Shown here one piece after another: positions 16,375-25,638 of a stretch of DNA of 32,000 bases; positions within the stretch are counted from its first letter, which is position 1, and every line of letters starts with the position of its first letter. Under the pieces are notes generated by a model. It was not told the DNA's origin and ran no database searches. It saw only the letters and a program-made list of their open reading frames with translations. Location: positions 1-32,000 of the forward strand of contig JAQVDW010000013.1 in the NCBI GenBank assembly GCA_028698185.1, given 5' to 3'. This DNA is from Erysipelotrichaceae bacterium. Lineage in GTDB: Bacteria > Bacillota_I > Bacilli_A > Erysipelotrichales > Coprobacillaceae. Position numbers and translations under genes: made by a program.

Positions 16375-17460
16375 TTGAGAAGAAGATTGATAGGGTTTGA
16401 CTTGTTTAGAATCGGGGCGGCATTGGTGATTTTCCTTTTTCATAGCCAGATTCACATCCAGTGCGATTATGGATTTTTAAACGAATTCGTTTCCATGGGT
16501 GCAGTTTTCATGACTGGTTTTTTCATGCTTTCTGGATTTTCGCTGTATTATGGTTATGAAACTGCGGACTTTTCCCACCTGAAAAATATTGTGAATTTCT
16601 ACAAAAAACGGGCGATCGGAATTTTGCCAAACTACTACGTCATCGCCTTGCTTTACATAATTTTCATCTCCAAAGACTATTGGCTGAATTTCCTCCTTGC
16701 ACCGGTCGAACTGTTGGGAATCCAAACCTTCTTTACTTCACTGTTTCCGTTCTCGCACAACAGCGGGACATGGTTCATCTCCTGCATGATAGTCTGCTAT
16801 GGAATTTTCCCGTTTCTTGATATCTGTTTGAAGCAGATGCGACCAAGAGCCCGCATCGTGATGATTGCGCTTCTTTCATTCGTGCTGCTTTACGCGCCAT
16901 TCATTGTGATCTTATTCCAGGTTGCAAGAATATATTCGAATCCGTTTTTCCGCCTGCTTGAATTTTCGATTGGCGCACTGCTTTGCAGTCTGATAAGGGA
17001 ACTTGGCGCAACAAAGGTTTTTAGGCAGAGGTTGTTTGTCAGGTGGTCTCCCCTGGTCGCATGTTTGGTACTGGTGGTTGGAGTGACCCAGGCGGTTGTG
17101 GCAAACTTCTATCCGGGCAATTACATGATATATTCCTGGATAACCCTGCCGCTGTTTTCTTTTCTTCTGGTTTCACTGGCCCTGGGCGACTTTGCGCTGC
17201 TCGAGCGTTCAAAAACCATACAATATCTAAGTGGCATCTCATACTCTTTCTTTCTGGTCCAATTCTTCGCCTGGCCCATCGTCAAGGCAATCGAGAGCAA
17301 CTTTGGAGTAATCACCAATTCGAACAAAATCATATTCAGCCTCGGTTTATGCCTGGTCATGGCGACAGCTTTGTACCACGGCGTCGAAAAGCCAAGCAAA
17401 TCCCTATTGCATGAAAGGCACGCAACCGGGCCGTTGACTGCAAAACGCCAGTCCGATTAA
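16375..17460 (+). CDS. Acyltransferase family 3 membrane protein (polysaccharide O-acyl/acetyltransferase, OafA/WecH-like)
   Basis: About 10 TM helices. The N-terminus FDLFRIGAALVIFLFHS carries the conserved His of acyltransferase_3. The GGAGGGGG RBS (16359-16366) is correctly spaced for TTG 16375. The alternative in-frame ATG at 16351 has no RBS. Confidence 0.8.
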   Translation: MRRRLIGFDLFRIGAALVIFLFHSQIHIQCDYGFLNEFVSMGAVFMTGFFMLSGFSLYYGYETADFSHLKNIVNFYKKRAIGILPNYYVIALLYIIFISKDYWLNFLLAPVELLGIQTFFTSLFPFSHNSGTWFISCMIVCYGIFPFLDICLKQMRPRARIVMIALLSFVLLYAPFIVILFQVARIYSNPFFRLLEFSIGALLCSLIRELGATKVFRQRLFVRWSPLVACLVLVVGVTQAVVANFYPGNYMIYSWITLPLFSFLLVSLALGDFALLERSKTIQYLSGISYSFFLVQFFAWPIVKAIESNFGVITNSNKIIFSLGLCLVMATALYHGVEKPSKSLLHERHATGPLTAKRQSD

Positions 17461-17547
17461 GCAATTGTCAAATAGTCTCATCCCAACGTTCAACTGGTAT
17501 CTATAGAAATAGGAAAATAACTACCCAAAGAGCCAGGATGATTTACA

Positions 17548-17584
17548 AGACAGGTATTCCGCCATGAATGCCTGTCTTTTTATT
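17548..17584 (+). terminator. Intrinsic terminator after the acyltransferase gene
   Basis: Stem agacagg-t-attc / gaat-g-cctgtct (17548-17577), followed by TTTTtatt. Confidence 0.65.
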
Positions 17585-17614
17585 CAATTTGGATCAGTTG
17601 GCCGGACATCCACA

Positions 17615-17662
17615 CAAAAAAGCACGGCCATATGGACCATATCTGTTCCGTGGTTCGTGCTT
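17615..17662 (-). terminator. Intrinsic terminator after LCP paralogue 2
   Basis: Stem aagcacg/cgtgctt (17620-17626/17656-17662). On the minus strand it is followed by TTTTTT (plus-strand A-run 17615-17620). Confidence 0.55.
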
Positions 17663-17688
17663 TGTTTCTGCTTGCTATATCAATCGGT

Positions 17689-19119
17689 TTACAGATCCGG
17701 TGTTCCCCCGTCTTCAACAGTCTTGATGTTGGCGCTTGCCGCATCAACCGATGACTGGTTGGGAACCATCACATAGAGGTTCCATCCTGGCATCGAGAAT
17801 GTAGTTTTCGAATGCGAACCTGAACCGGTCAGGTACTGATGCTCGATGTTCCATGATTCCCCGCGCTCAAGCTGGTTTTTCACAATCGCCGTGACAACAT
17901 CGGTCGGGATGTTGGTCTGGCATGAATTCATCACCACATCCAGGAAGTTCGTGTAGTTGGTCAGGATGGCCGGCGACATCGCCTTGTTGATGATGCCGGT
18001 GATTATTGTCTGCTGGTTCTTGATCCGTTGGTTGTCTCCATCAGTGTAGGCATAGCGCTCCCGAGCATAGACTAAAGCCTGGGCTCCGGACATGCTGATC
18101 TGTCCCACCGGGAATGAATAGCCACGGTTGGTGAAAGCGATGGAGTTGTAGATCGAGATTCCGCCAATGGCGTCGATGATATCGATAAGCGAGGTGAAGT
18201 TGACCCTCACGTAGTAATCGATATTGATATCCAGGAAATCCTCGGCGGTGGTGATTGTCTCATTGATGCCGTACACTCCGGTATGGGTGAACTTGTCCTT
18301 GACCCCGTATGTATGCAAAGTCACATAGTAATCGCGGGGAATGCTTGTAAGGAGAATCTCGTTGGTCTTGGTGTTGACCGTCATGACCATGTTGACATCG
18401 GATCTTGAGACCGTATTGATGGCACCATAGGTGTCGATTCCGGAAATAAAGACCGAGAACGAATCGCCGTTGTTTTCTTTTTCTTCGACGACTTCCTCGA
18501 CTTCCTCCTGGAATTCGTATGTGTCGATGACTCTTGTCTCATTCTGGTAATCCGGATGCAGGACTTCCAGGAAGCCCTCATAAGCCTCTTCCAGGATGAT
18601 GGCATCGCACTTGCCGCTGTAAAGGTCGTCAATCAGCTGCTGGAAGGTTGTCACTTCCATAAAATCGCAATCCACCTGTTTTTCCAGCTGGCTCACGTAT
18701 TGGCCGTTGTACTCGGTTGTAACCTGACTTGAATACTCGATTGTTTTGCCTGCCAGGTCTTCGACATTCTCAGTCTCGCTTTCATCAAGGACGCGCAGAT
18801 TCAGGGTATGGGTCTGGCTGTTGCTGCCAGCCGTAAGTTGGGCCAGGGCATTGTAGCTGCGATAGAAATAATAGTTCCCCATCAACAGGGAAATATTGAT
18901 CAGGATAATCACGATATCCAGGAACAGACGTGATTTCTTCCCTTTTTTGATCCGGTGGTTGATCGCAAATAATATCAATATGAATGCTGCCAGTACAGCC
19001 AGAAAAATTGCCACGTATTTGGTTGGCAAAATGTTCAATTTGAACACCAATACCGCCATCAATACCGATAGCAGCAGTTGGATAATCAGCAGGGCTGCCG
19101 TAAATTTCTTGCTTTTCAA
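17689..19119 (-). CDS. LCP (LytR-CpsA-Psr) family glycopolymer-peptidoglycan ligase, paralogue 2
   Basis: 476 aa, collinear with paralogue 1 (MKSKKFTAALLIIQLLLSVLMAVLVFKLNILPTKY ... FSVFISGIDTYG ... RERYAYTDGDNQRIKNQQ). TTG start at 19119 with an AAGAGG RBS. Confidence 0.85.
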   Translation of the reverse strand: MKSKKFTAALLIIQLLLSVLMAVLVFKLNILPTKYVAIFLAVLAAFILILFAINHRIKKGKKSRLFLDIVIILINISLLMGNYYFYRSYNALAQLTAGSNSQTHTLNLRVLDESETENVEDLAGKTIEYSSQVTTEYNGQYVSQLEKQVDCDFMEVTTFQQLIDDLYSGKCDAIILEEAYEGFLEVLHPDYQNETRVIDTYEFQEEVEEVVEEKENNGDSFSVFISGIDTYGAINTVSRSDVNMVMTVNTKTNEILLTSIPRDYYVTLHTYGVKDKFTHTGVYGINETITTAEDFLDINIDYYVRVNFTSLIDIIDAIGGISIYNSIAFTNRGYSFPVGQISMSGAQALVYARERYAYTDGDNQRIKNQQTIITGIINKAMSPAILTNYTNFLDVVMNSCQTNIPTDVVTAIVKNQLERGESWNIEHQYLTGSGSHSKTTFSMPGWNLYVMVPNQSSVDAASANIKTVEDGGTPDL

Positions 19120-19211
19120 AATAATACCTCTTTTCGTTGTCCCATCTTGTGGGATTATCTTCGCCTAATTCAAGTGCCATTGTACAGCACATCTTGGCGA
19201 TATGCAATCAA

Positions 19212-19253
19212 AGAAAAAACTATCATCAAGTATTCAATCTTTGCTTTGATGAT
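19212..19253 (-). terminator. Intrinsic terminator directly after the polymerase gene
   Basis: 8-bp stem atcatcaa/ttgatgat (19222-19229/19246-19253). On the minus strand it is followed by agTTTTTTc. Confidence 0.5.
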
Positions 19254-19255
19254 GG

Positions 19256-20509
19256 TCAAGATTGTTTTTCGATGCCTGTTCCAGGTTCCTCTTCGCAAAG
19301 ATAAATACCATTGATGGCCATGAACAGCACCAGAAGCCAGTCGGCCCCGTCGATATCCTCAAGCGCCATCGCCAGAAGAATCGCTCCGACACCTAGCAGG
19401 AACATCTTGTTTTTCCTGAAATGCTTTAGAAATACCGCCTTTATTATTCTAAACAGGGCGACCAATATGGCGCCAAGGCCAAGCAGACCGGTCTTGTAGA
19501 AGAAACCGACATAGCTCGAATGCGACCCCAGCGGGTAATCGCCCATCATCACCTTGATTCCCGAGCCGATCAGAAAATTGTCGTCAATCGCCTTGAGGAT
19601 ACTCGTCCGGTAGATCAAAAAGCGGGTATTCGAGCTGCCCGAACGGCCGTTGACAAAGTCCATGACCAAGTCCCAGGCTTTGGGAGTGTTGAGGATGACA
19701 GTCAAAAGGATAACCCCACCGATCACTGCGGCCATGATGGCTCCCTGGCGTCTGTTCTTAACGTAGATATCTTTAATTCTTTCATAAGCCGATTTTACCA
19801 GCCGGGATATCTCCAACGACTTTTTCTCAAAGTTTTCATAGATCACCCAAAGCACCATGAATCCGCCCAGGACAATGCCCAGTCGCGAGTTCGAATTGTA
19901 TACCGGCAAGAAAAACAGGATTGCCGCCAGAACAAGCTGCCAGATGATTTCGGTCTTACTCTTGAAATAATGATAAGCCAATGGAAAACTCAAAAAAAAC
20001 ATCATCGCAATCAGATTCGAATACTCAAGGAACGCCTGAAGCCGGTATGTATGGACCCCGTTGAACCAGTCATCGATGTACAGTTCAAGACCGGCGATGC
20101 TAAGATGCGTGAATCCCAAAGCCACCAGAATGATCATCAGGATATTGAGTCCCACCAGGATCGAAAGATTTATGAACAGGTACCTGCCACATTTGGACCA
20201 GTCAATCGCCCTGGTTTTATAGTAGCGGTAAAACAGCACGCCTACCACCCAGATCAATGCCGTGTTTAAGGCGGCGGCAATCCTTCCAATGGAACTGACA
20301 TGGAATGAGTTCACTAGAATCGACACCAGATTGATAGCGACATAAATCAGGACGAACTTGGAAATGTCATCGATCAGCTCGATTTTCCTTCCCGATCGGA
20401 AAAAAAGATAGCCACCCAACCCAAGAAGAACGACAAACTGCGCCTCCTTTGGCAATACCACGACCAGCCATAAATATTTAAACAACCAATAATCATATTT
20501 GCTTTCCAT
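19256..20509 (-). CDS. wzy: O-antigen ligase/polymerase family membrane protein (Wzy-type repeat-unit polymerase)
   Basis: 417 aa with about 10-12 TM helices. A loop with GSHSSYVGFFYKTGLLGL resembles the Wzy_C/O-antigen ligase motif. Its context beside a flippase supports the call. Confidence 0.75.
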   Translation of the reverse strand: MESKYDYWLFKYLWLVVVLPKEAQFVVLLGLGGYLFFRSGRKIELIDDISKFVLIYVAINLVSILVNSFHVSSIGRIAAALNTALIWVVGVLFYRYYKTRAIDWSKCGRYLFINLSILVGLNILMIILVALGFTHLSIAGLELYIDDWFNGVHTYRLQAFLEYSNLIAMMFFLSFPLAYHYFKSKTEIIWQLVLAAILFFLPVYNSNSRLGIVLGGFMVLWVIYENFEKKSLEISRLVKSAYERIKDIYVKNRRQGAIMAAVIGGVILLTVILNTPKAWDLVMDFVNGRSGSSNTRFLIYRTSILKAIDDNFLIGSGIKVMMGDYPLGSHSSYVGFFYKTGLLGLGAILVALFRIIKAVFLKHFRKNKMFLLGVGAILLAMALEDIDGADWLLVLFMAINGIYLCEEEPGTGIEKQS

Positions 20510-20797
20510 ATGATTCCCCCTAGAAATCCCCCGGTGCCCTTCTCAATTTTTGGATGAAGGCAACCACCGGGAAGATGATTTTACCGCCACAGGCCCCCTC
20601 TTTAAACCTGTCAGGCTGTTTGACAGGGACCTTTGCACGAAGTTGATTATACCACTATTGACAGGAAATTCAAACACAAAATAATAACCTTTGTGAGTTT
20701 ATCCCAGTCCTGCAATCATTGTGCAAAACCACAACTTTTTTCAAACCAACCGCCGCGAAACCATAAGCCCCGGGCGATCCTTGAGAAATCCCGGCCC

Positions 20798-20831
20798 GAA
20801 GAAAAGCGCCAACCGAAGAGATAGTTGGCGC
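20798..20831 (-). terminator. Terminator-like hairpin after the GNAT gene
   Basis: 8-bp GC-rich stem gcgccaac/gttggcgc (20806-20813/20824-20831). On the minus strand it is followed by TTTTcTT. Confidence 0.45.
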
Positions 20832-20912
20832 CCATAATGGAATCACATTGGAATCGACAATCGATTAGATTGGAGTCACGCTGATTTTCTCACCAGCCAG
20901 GTTGGCAAGGAT

Positions 20913-21404
20913 TCATGCCTTGTACCAGTAGAAATTATCCAACTGTTGCTTGGAATAATGGGTTTTCAGGCCATCAGGAACGTCGGTGGTTCTTACATAG
21001 CCGTTCTTATCATAGAAGCGAATTGCCCGCTTGTTGTAATCGCCAACACACCAATAGATGGTCGCAAGCCCGTATTCCTCATGGCCAAGTCTGATTATTT
21101 CCTTCATCCCATAGCTTGAGTAACCGTGCCCCATCGCCTTGGCGCGGATGGCAACCGCGAATTCCGCAAAGCTGTTTTCCCGGTCGATATGCTTGAGGCT
21201 TACCGTTCCCATGTATTCATCGGAATCGTCGACAATCGCCAGATTCAAATCGGTATTTGTATCCTGGGAGTGTTCGATGAACCTCTTGCAATCATCGAGT
21301 TGTTTGGTCGCGAAGCTCCCGCTCAAATCCTTGACCACATCCTGGTCGTGCATCCATTCAAGCATATATTCCGCATCCTTTGCCATAAGTTTTCTAAGTC
21401 TCAT
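20913..21404 (-). CDS. GNAT-family N-acetyltransferase (RimJ/RimL-like, Acetyltransf_3 type)
   Basis: 163 aa. MRLRKLMAKDAEYMLEWMHD... and ...AIRAKAMGHGYSSYGMKEIIRLGHEEYGL...NKRAIRFYDKNGY follow the GNAT motif A/B pattern. Confidence 0.8.
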   Translation of the reverse strand: MRLRKLMAKDAEYMLEWMHDQDVVKDLSGSFATKQLDDCKRFIEHSQDTNTDLNLAIVDDSDEYMGTVSLKHIDRENSFAEFAVAIRAKAMGHGYSSYGMKEIIRLGHEEYGLATIYWCVGDYNKRAIRFYDKNGYVRTTDVPDGLKTHYSKQQLDNFYWYKA

Positions 21405-21419
21405 AAATTCAACCTTCCC

Positions 21420-22835
21420 TTATTTTTTGCTTCCAAACAGCATTCTGACATCTCCGGCATAAGGCCATGCAATCATCAAAGAGGCACACAAGGCCAATGC
21501 CAGCCCCAGCATTGGAGAATCGACTGCCAGAAGGCGCCAGATTGCCATGAACATGACCATAATGATGGCCCCGCCAAAAAACTTCAGCTGCACTCTCATC
21601 AGTTTCATCCTGGTAAGCACGATTACCGCAAGAATGTCGGAAACCACGTAACCGATCAAAGTGGCGATCGCCGCCCCTTCGATCCCGAATCGAGGAATCA
21701 AAGCCAGGTTCAAGAAGACATTGACTACCGCCCCCAGTGAGAGGATGAAAAAATTCGGCCAGGTCTTCTTGACTACCAGGAACTGGTTGCAGGCAACCTG
21801 GAAAAGCATCTGGAGCAACGGGGCGAGAAACAGATAAGGCGCAACGATATAACCGGCGACATATTCCCCCGTGAACAGCAGCTCATAGAAACTTTGCGAC
21901 AGAGCGAAAATGAATGTGGCACAGACAAACGATATAACCCCAAGGTACTCGAAGATCCGCGAGTTGGACTCGACCTGGTTAGTGTCCTTCATCGTCGAAA
22001 AGGCAAAATACTGCCACCCGCCCCCAAAGGCGATGTAGATGAGCTGGCTGGCATTTCCCAGCTTAGCCCCAACCGAGTAGATTCCCGAAGCCCCCAGACC
22101 AATCAGGTTGGTTATCATCAGCCGGTCGCTCGAATTGAAGATCCAGTAGATCAGGAAATTGGGCAGCAGCGGCACGGCGATAAGGAGCATTTGTTTAAGG
22201 TAATCAGGATTGAAACGCCTTAAGCTAAACCAGCTGTGGTTGAGAATCCCAAAGGCTATCTCCATGGTGATCCCCGCCACCATCCCAGACACGGGCAAGG
22301 CGATAATGTAATGGCCGTTAAGAAGAAGCGGTATGGCCACTGCATAGGAAAGAAGCGGACTGGCCGCATTGGTGATCAGATAGATCATTCTCTTGTTTTG
22401 CATCCGGGTGGGAGCCGAAAGGATCGTATTGGTCGACCCCACCAGCACAGCGATGGCGACAATATAGACCAGATAACCGTACTGGGAGTCGCCTAGAAAC
22501 CAGCGGGCGATCAGATCCCTGGCCAAAATCATAGCCACAAAGATGACCAGCGACGAGAAAATCGTGAAAATGAAGGCTGTCGAACATATATCCTTCTTGT
22601 AACCCTCGTCTTCCTTTTCGAAAAACATCCGGTACATCGCGTCGTACATCCCCATGATTGCCAGGGACGAACACAGCGCAAGAATCGTATTGGATAGATC
22701 GGATATCCCGAAATAAGAGGTGTCGGGCATCATCCGGGTCACGATTGGCACCATGACAAGCGGAATAATCTTAGAGATTATTCCGCCCAGGCCGTAGATG
22801 ATGAAATTCTCGATAAACAATTTAAACTTATTCAT
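21420..22835 (-). CDS. wzx: Polysaccharide/oligosaccharide flippase (MOP superfamily, Wzx-type)
   Basis: 471 aa with about 12-14 TM helices. The N-terminus NFIIYGLGGIISKIIPLVMVPIVTRMM is typical of Wzx/polysaccharide biosynthesis protein families. Confidence 0.8.
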   Translation of the reverse strand: MNKFKLFIENFIIYGLGGIISKIIPLVMVPIVTRMMPDTSYFGISDLSNTILALCSSLAIMGMYDAMYRMFFEKEDEGYKKDICSTAFIFTIFSSLVIFVAMILARDLIARWFLGDSQYGYLVYIVAIAVLVGSTNTILSAPTRMQNKRMIYLITNAASPLLSYAVAIPLLLNGHYIIALPVSGMVAGITMEIAFGILNHSWFSLRRFNPDYLKQMLLIAVPLLPNFLIYWIFNSSDRLMITNLIGLGASGIYSVGAKLGNASQLIYIAFGGGWQYFAFSTMKDTNQVESNSRIFEYLGVISFVCATFIFALSQSFYELLFTGEYVAGYIVAPYLFLAPLLQMLFQVACNQFLVVKKTWPNFFILSLGAVVNVFLNLALIPRFGIEGAAIATLIGYVVSDILAVIVLTRMKLMRVQLKFFGGAIIMVMFMAIWRLLAVDSPMLGLALALCASLMIAWPYAGDVRMLFGSKK

Positions 22836-22924
22836 AAATATAATTCAACTTTCACTATTAGAAATATGCAATATCTTTGGATGACCTGTTTTTTCACCTG
22901 GCCAAGCCAAAGCCAAAGAAGGCT

Positions 22925-24034
22925 TTAACCATGGCAAGAAAAAGCGTTTATTTTTTCGATGACATAGCTGACCTGCTGTTCAGTCATCCCGTAATACATC
23001 GGAATTGACAGCTGGGTCGCACTGATTGTTTCGGCGATCGGCAGGCTGCCCGGCGCGATATTCAAATCCTTGTAACATTCCTGCATATGTATCGCTATAG
23101 GATAATGCTTGTTGGTGGAAATGCCATTATCCTGCAGGTATTTTGCCAGTTCGTCGCGGTGGTCGCAGCGAATGGCAAATACATGCCATACCGGTTCGAC
23201 ATCAGCTATCACGAAAGGGAGCCTTATCAACTCATTGGTGATCTCACTTAGATACCTTGAAGCGATATGGCGACGGTTCTCGTTAACTTTCTCAAGATGA
23301 GGCAGCTTGGCAGAAAGGAAGGCCGCCTGGATCTCGTCAAGACGGGAATTGTGACCTTTGTAGATGTGGTGATACTTATAGTCCGAACCATAGTTGCCCA
23401 GAGCCCGGATTTTCGCGGCCAGATCTTGATCATTGGTGACAACAGCCCCAGCATCCCCCAAAGCCCCAAGGTTCTTGCCTGGATAGAAACTGAATCCCGC
23501 AGCATCGGAAAAACTTCCGACTACCTTCCCCTTGTATGTGGCTCCATGGGCCTGGGCGCAGTCCTCGACAACTTTGAGGTCATGTTTATTGGCAATAGCC
23601 ATGATCGGATCCATGTCGCAGGGCTGACCGTACAGGTGGACAGGCATGATCGCCTTTGTCCTGGTGGTGATCTTCGCCTCGATTGCGGCCGGGTCAATAT
23701 TGAAGGTTGCGATGTCCGGCTCGACAAAAACCGGAGTTGCCCCTACATAGGTGACCGCCAGAGCAGTCGCGATATAGGTGTTCGAAGGGACGATGACCTC
23801 GTCACCAGCTCCGATCCCCATTGCCTTCAATGCGAGCATCAAAGCATCAAGACCATTGCCTGTCCCAACGCAATATTTGGTGTTGCAATACTTGGCAAAA
23901 GAGGCCTCGAAAGCCTGAAGCTCCTGACCTTCGATATACCAGCTTCGCGCGAAAACCCGCTCGAAAGCCCCTTTTAATTCCTGGTCGAGTTCCTTTTCCA
24001 AAGGAAGGAAAGACACAAATGGCACACTCATCAT
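22925..24034 (-). CDS. DegT/DnrJ/EryC1/StrS-family PLP-dependent sugar aminotransferase (FdtB/QdtB-like)
   Basis: 369 aa. Contains [25 protein letters not shown] and [15 protein letters not shown] (the PLP-lysine region). It lies immediately downstream of the ketoisomerase gene. Confidence 0.85.
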   Translation of the reverse strand: MMSVPFVSFLPLEKELDQELKGAFERVFARSWYIEGQELQAFEASFAKYCNTKYCVGTGNGLDALMLALKAMGIGAGDEVIVPSNTYIATALAVTYVGATPVFVEPDIATFNIDPAAIEAKITTRTKAIMPVHLYGQPCDMDPIMAIANKHDLKVVEDCAQAHGATYKGKVVGSFSDAAGFSFYPGKNLGALGDAGAVVTNDQDLAAKIRALGNYGSDYKYHHIYKGHNSRLDEIQAAFLSAKLPHLEKVNENRRHIASRYLSEITNELIRLPFVIADVEPVWHVFAIRCDHRDELAKYLQDNGISTNKHYPIAIHMQECYKDLNIAPGSLPIAETISATQLSIPMYYGMTEQQVSYVIEKINAFSCHG

Positions 24035-24060
24035 AATTAATTATCCCCCAATTTATCTTG

Positions 24061-24465
24061 TTAATCTTGATTGCATGCAATCATTAAAAAATCGTCGTAG
24101 TTGCGGATATAGTCGCTTTCGTCATACAGTTCGGAAGCCAGAACCATCAATACCGCATCACTAGAGAAGTCGAACATCTCCCGCCACATATTGTTGGCGA
24201 CATAGAGACCTTCGTATGGCTTTTCCAAGGGAACGACTTTCTTTTCCGTCCCGTTGTCCAAGCGGATCTTGCAGCTGCCATGGATGCAGATGAGAATCTG
24301 TTCGAGTTTTTTATGCGCATGATAACCCCGGGTGACCCCGTCAGCTGTGTCATACATGTAGTATACCCGTTTGATTTCAAATGGGATATCCTTGAATTCC
24401 TCCAATGCCACCAGCTGACCTCTATCGTCGCCATGAGGCTGGAATACATACTTTATTACTTGCAC
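24061..24465 (-). CDS. WxcM/FdtA/QdtA-like dTDP-4-dehydro-6-deoxyglucose 3,4-ketoisomerase (cupin)
   Basis: DDRGQLVALEEFKDIPFEIKRVYYMYD...RGYHAHKKLEQILICIHGSC...DESDYIRNYDDF matches the FdtA-type cupin. GTG 24465 has an AGGGGGA RBS 8 nt upstream and gives about 134 aa, the usual size for this family. The ORF track extends to ATG 24549, which has no RBS. Confidence 0.8.
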   Translation of the reverse strand: MQVIKYVFQPHGDDRGQLVALEEFKDIPFEIKRVYYMYDTADGVTRGYHAHKKLEQILICIHGSCKIRLDNGTEKKVVPLEKPYEGLYVANNMWREMFDFSSDAVLMVLASELYDESDYIRNYDDFLMIACNQD

Positions 24466-24588
24466 TTTAGCTTTCCCCCTGTGAAGTTGAAATAATGTTT
24501 CTTGGTCGTTGACCAAGTTGAACCGTTCTTTGGCAAACGGTTGTTCCATTGGATATAATACAACAAAAACCTTGAAAATGATAGCGTC

Positions 24589-25524
24589 TTAGACTTTTAG
24601 CGAAGTCAGATAATCCTCAAGTTCTTCCTTGTCAAATTCAGGCGTCTTCTTCAATATTAAAGCAAGGACTTTTAGGCAGGTGACAGTCAAGAAGATAAAC
24701 GGATGAATCAACGCCATTTTTAGTCGGTTGCAAAAGTATTTAGAATGGACGATCCGATTGCGACCGTAATCCTTTTTGAGCAACAACTCGAGCGCCTGGT
24801 TGTCCTTGGCGATACGGGGATTCATCACCCCGCCATTGCTCGTGGTTATCCCGGTACCGTGTTCATACCAGACGACGTAACGGTCGAAATATGTCAGGTG
24901 GTTTCCATCCAGGAGATACAGCAACGAGGTCGGCGTATCTTCCATATAGATGATTTTTCCTTCGATTTTTTCAAGATATTCGGCAATGACTGTTCTTTTG
25001 CGCAGATAAGCCGGACCGAAAACCCGCTGGCCATAGACAAGGCCGATCCGGCCGATCAGATAGTTGGAAAATTTCCAATTGTATATCTGGGGAAACCGGG
25101 GCAGCCTTTCATTGACCAGTTTGAATGATCCGGCTTGCTCCTGGAAACACTGGGTGTTGCCAAAGCAGATGTTTGCATCCTGGTCCAAGGCAAATCTATG
25201 GAATTCGCTCAAGGTATCCCGGTCAAAGATGAGATCACCCGGCGAGATGAAGTAGACGTACTTACCCGAGGCGACTGCCAGGCCTGACAGGCAGTTTTTC
25301 ACAGTCCCCTGGTTTATCGGATTGGCAACAAAATGAAAATTGGCAACCTGTCTATTTCTGACATAGCCCTCAATTTTTTTCTGGTGCGAATCCGTTGAAC
25401 CGTCATCGGCGACTATCAGTTCAAGTGCGACATTCTCCTGGTTGATGATGGAATTTAGGGTGGTGATTGTTTTTTCATAGTCACAATTGTAAGTCAAAAG
25501 AATCACAGAAACATCAATAGCCAT
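24589..25524 (-). CDS. Glycosyltransferase family 2
   Basis: MAIDVSVILLTYNCDYEKT...LIVADDGSTD is the GT2 pattern. ATG 25524 is preceded by AGAGGGG. The 35-codon upstream extension in the ORF track (to 25629) is basic, low-complexity and atypical for GT2. Confidence 0.8.
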   Translation of the reverse strand: MAIDVSVILLTYNCDYEKTITTLNSIINQENVALELIVADDGSTDSHQKKIEGYVRNRQVANFHFVANPINQGTVKNCLSGLAVASGKYVYFISPGDLIFDRDTLSEFHRFALDQDANICFGNTQCFQEQAGSFKLVNERLPRFPQIYNWKFSNYLIGRIGLVYGQRVFGPAYLRKRTVIAEYLEKIEGKIIYMEDTPTSLLYLLDGNHLTYFDRYVVWYEHGTGITTSNGGVMNPRIAKDNQALELLLKKDYGRNRIVHSKYFCNRLKMALIHPFIFLTVTCLKVLALILKKTPEFDKEELEDYLTSLKV

Positions 25525-25638
25525 ATCATCACCCCTCTTTTTTATCTTTGCAGTCTGATCCATCCAAATATTAACGGACTTTTTGGTGCCGCCTTGATGG
25601 ACGTCAGCCGGTCGTTTAGCCGATATCATTTTTATTGT

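Noticed and set aside
12776-17460. Impression that the inner GT/acyltransferase module is more AT-rich than its flanks, which would be a horizontal-transfer signal.
   Set aside because: Spot counts of individual 60-nt lines ranged from about 30% to 52% GC inside the module, against about 47% in the one flank line counted. That is too noisy to claim without a proper sliding-window calculation.
20633-20824. 63-aa plus-strand ORF in the wzy-GNAT gap, with a TTGACA-17-ATAATA promoter-like element at about 20660-20690.
   Set aside because: The ORF starts upstream of that promoter-like element, has no RBS and has a basic, low-complexity C-terminus. The promoter would only drive antisense transcription into the GNAT gene. 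I considered this too weak to call.
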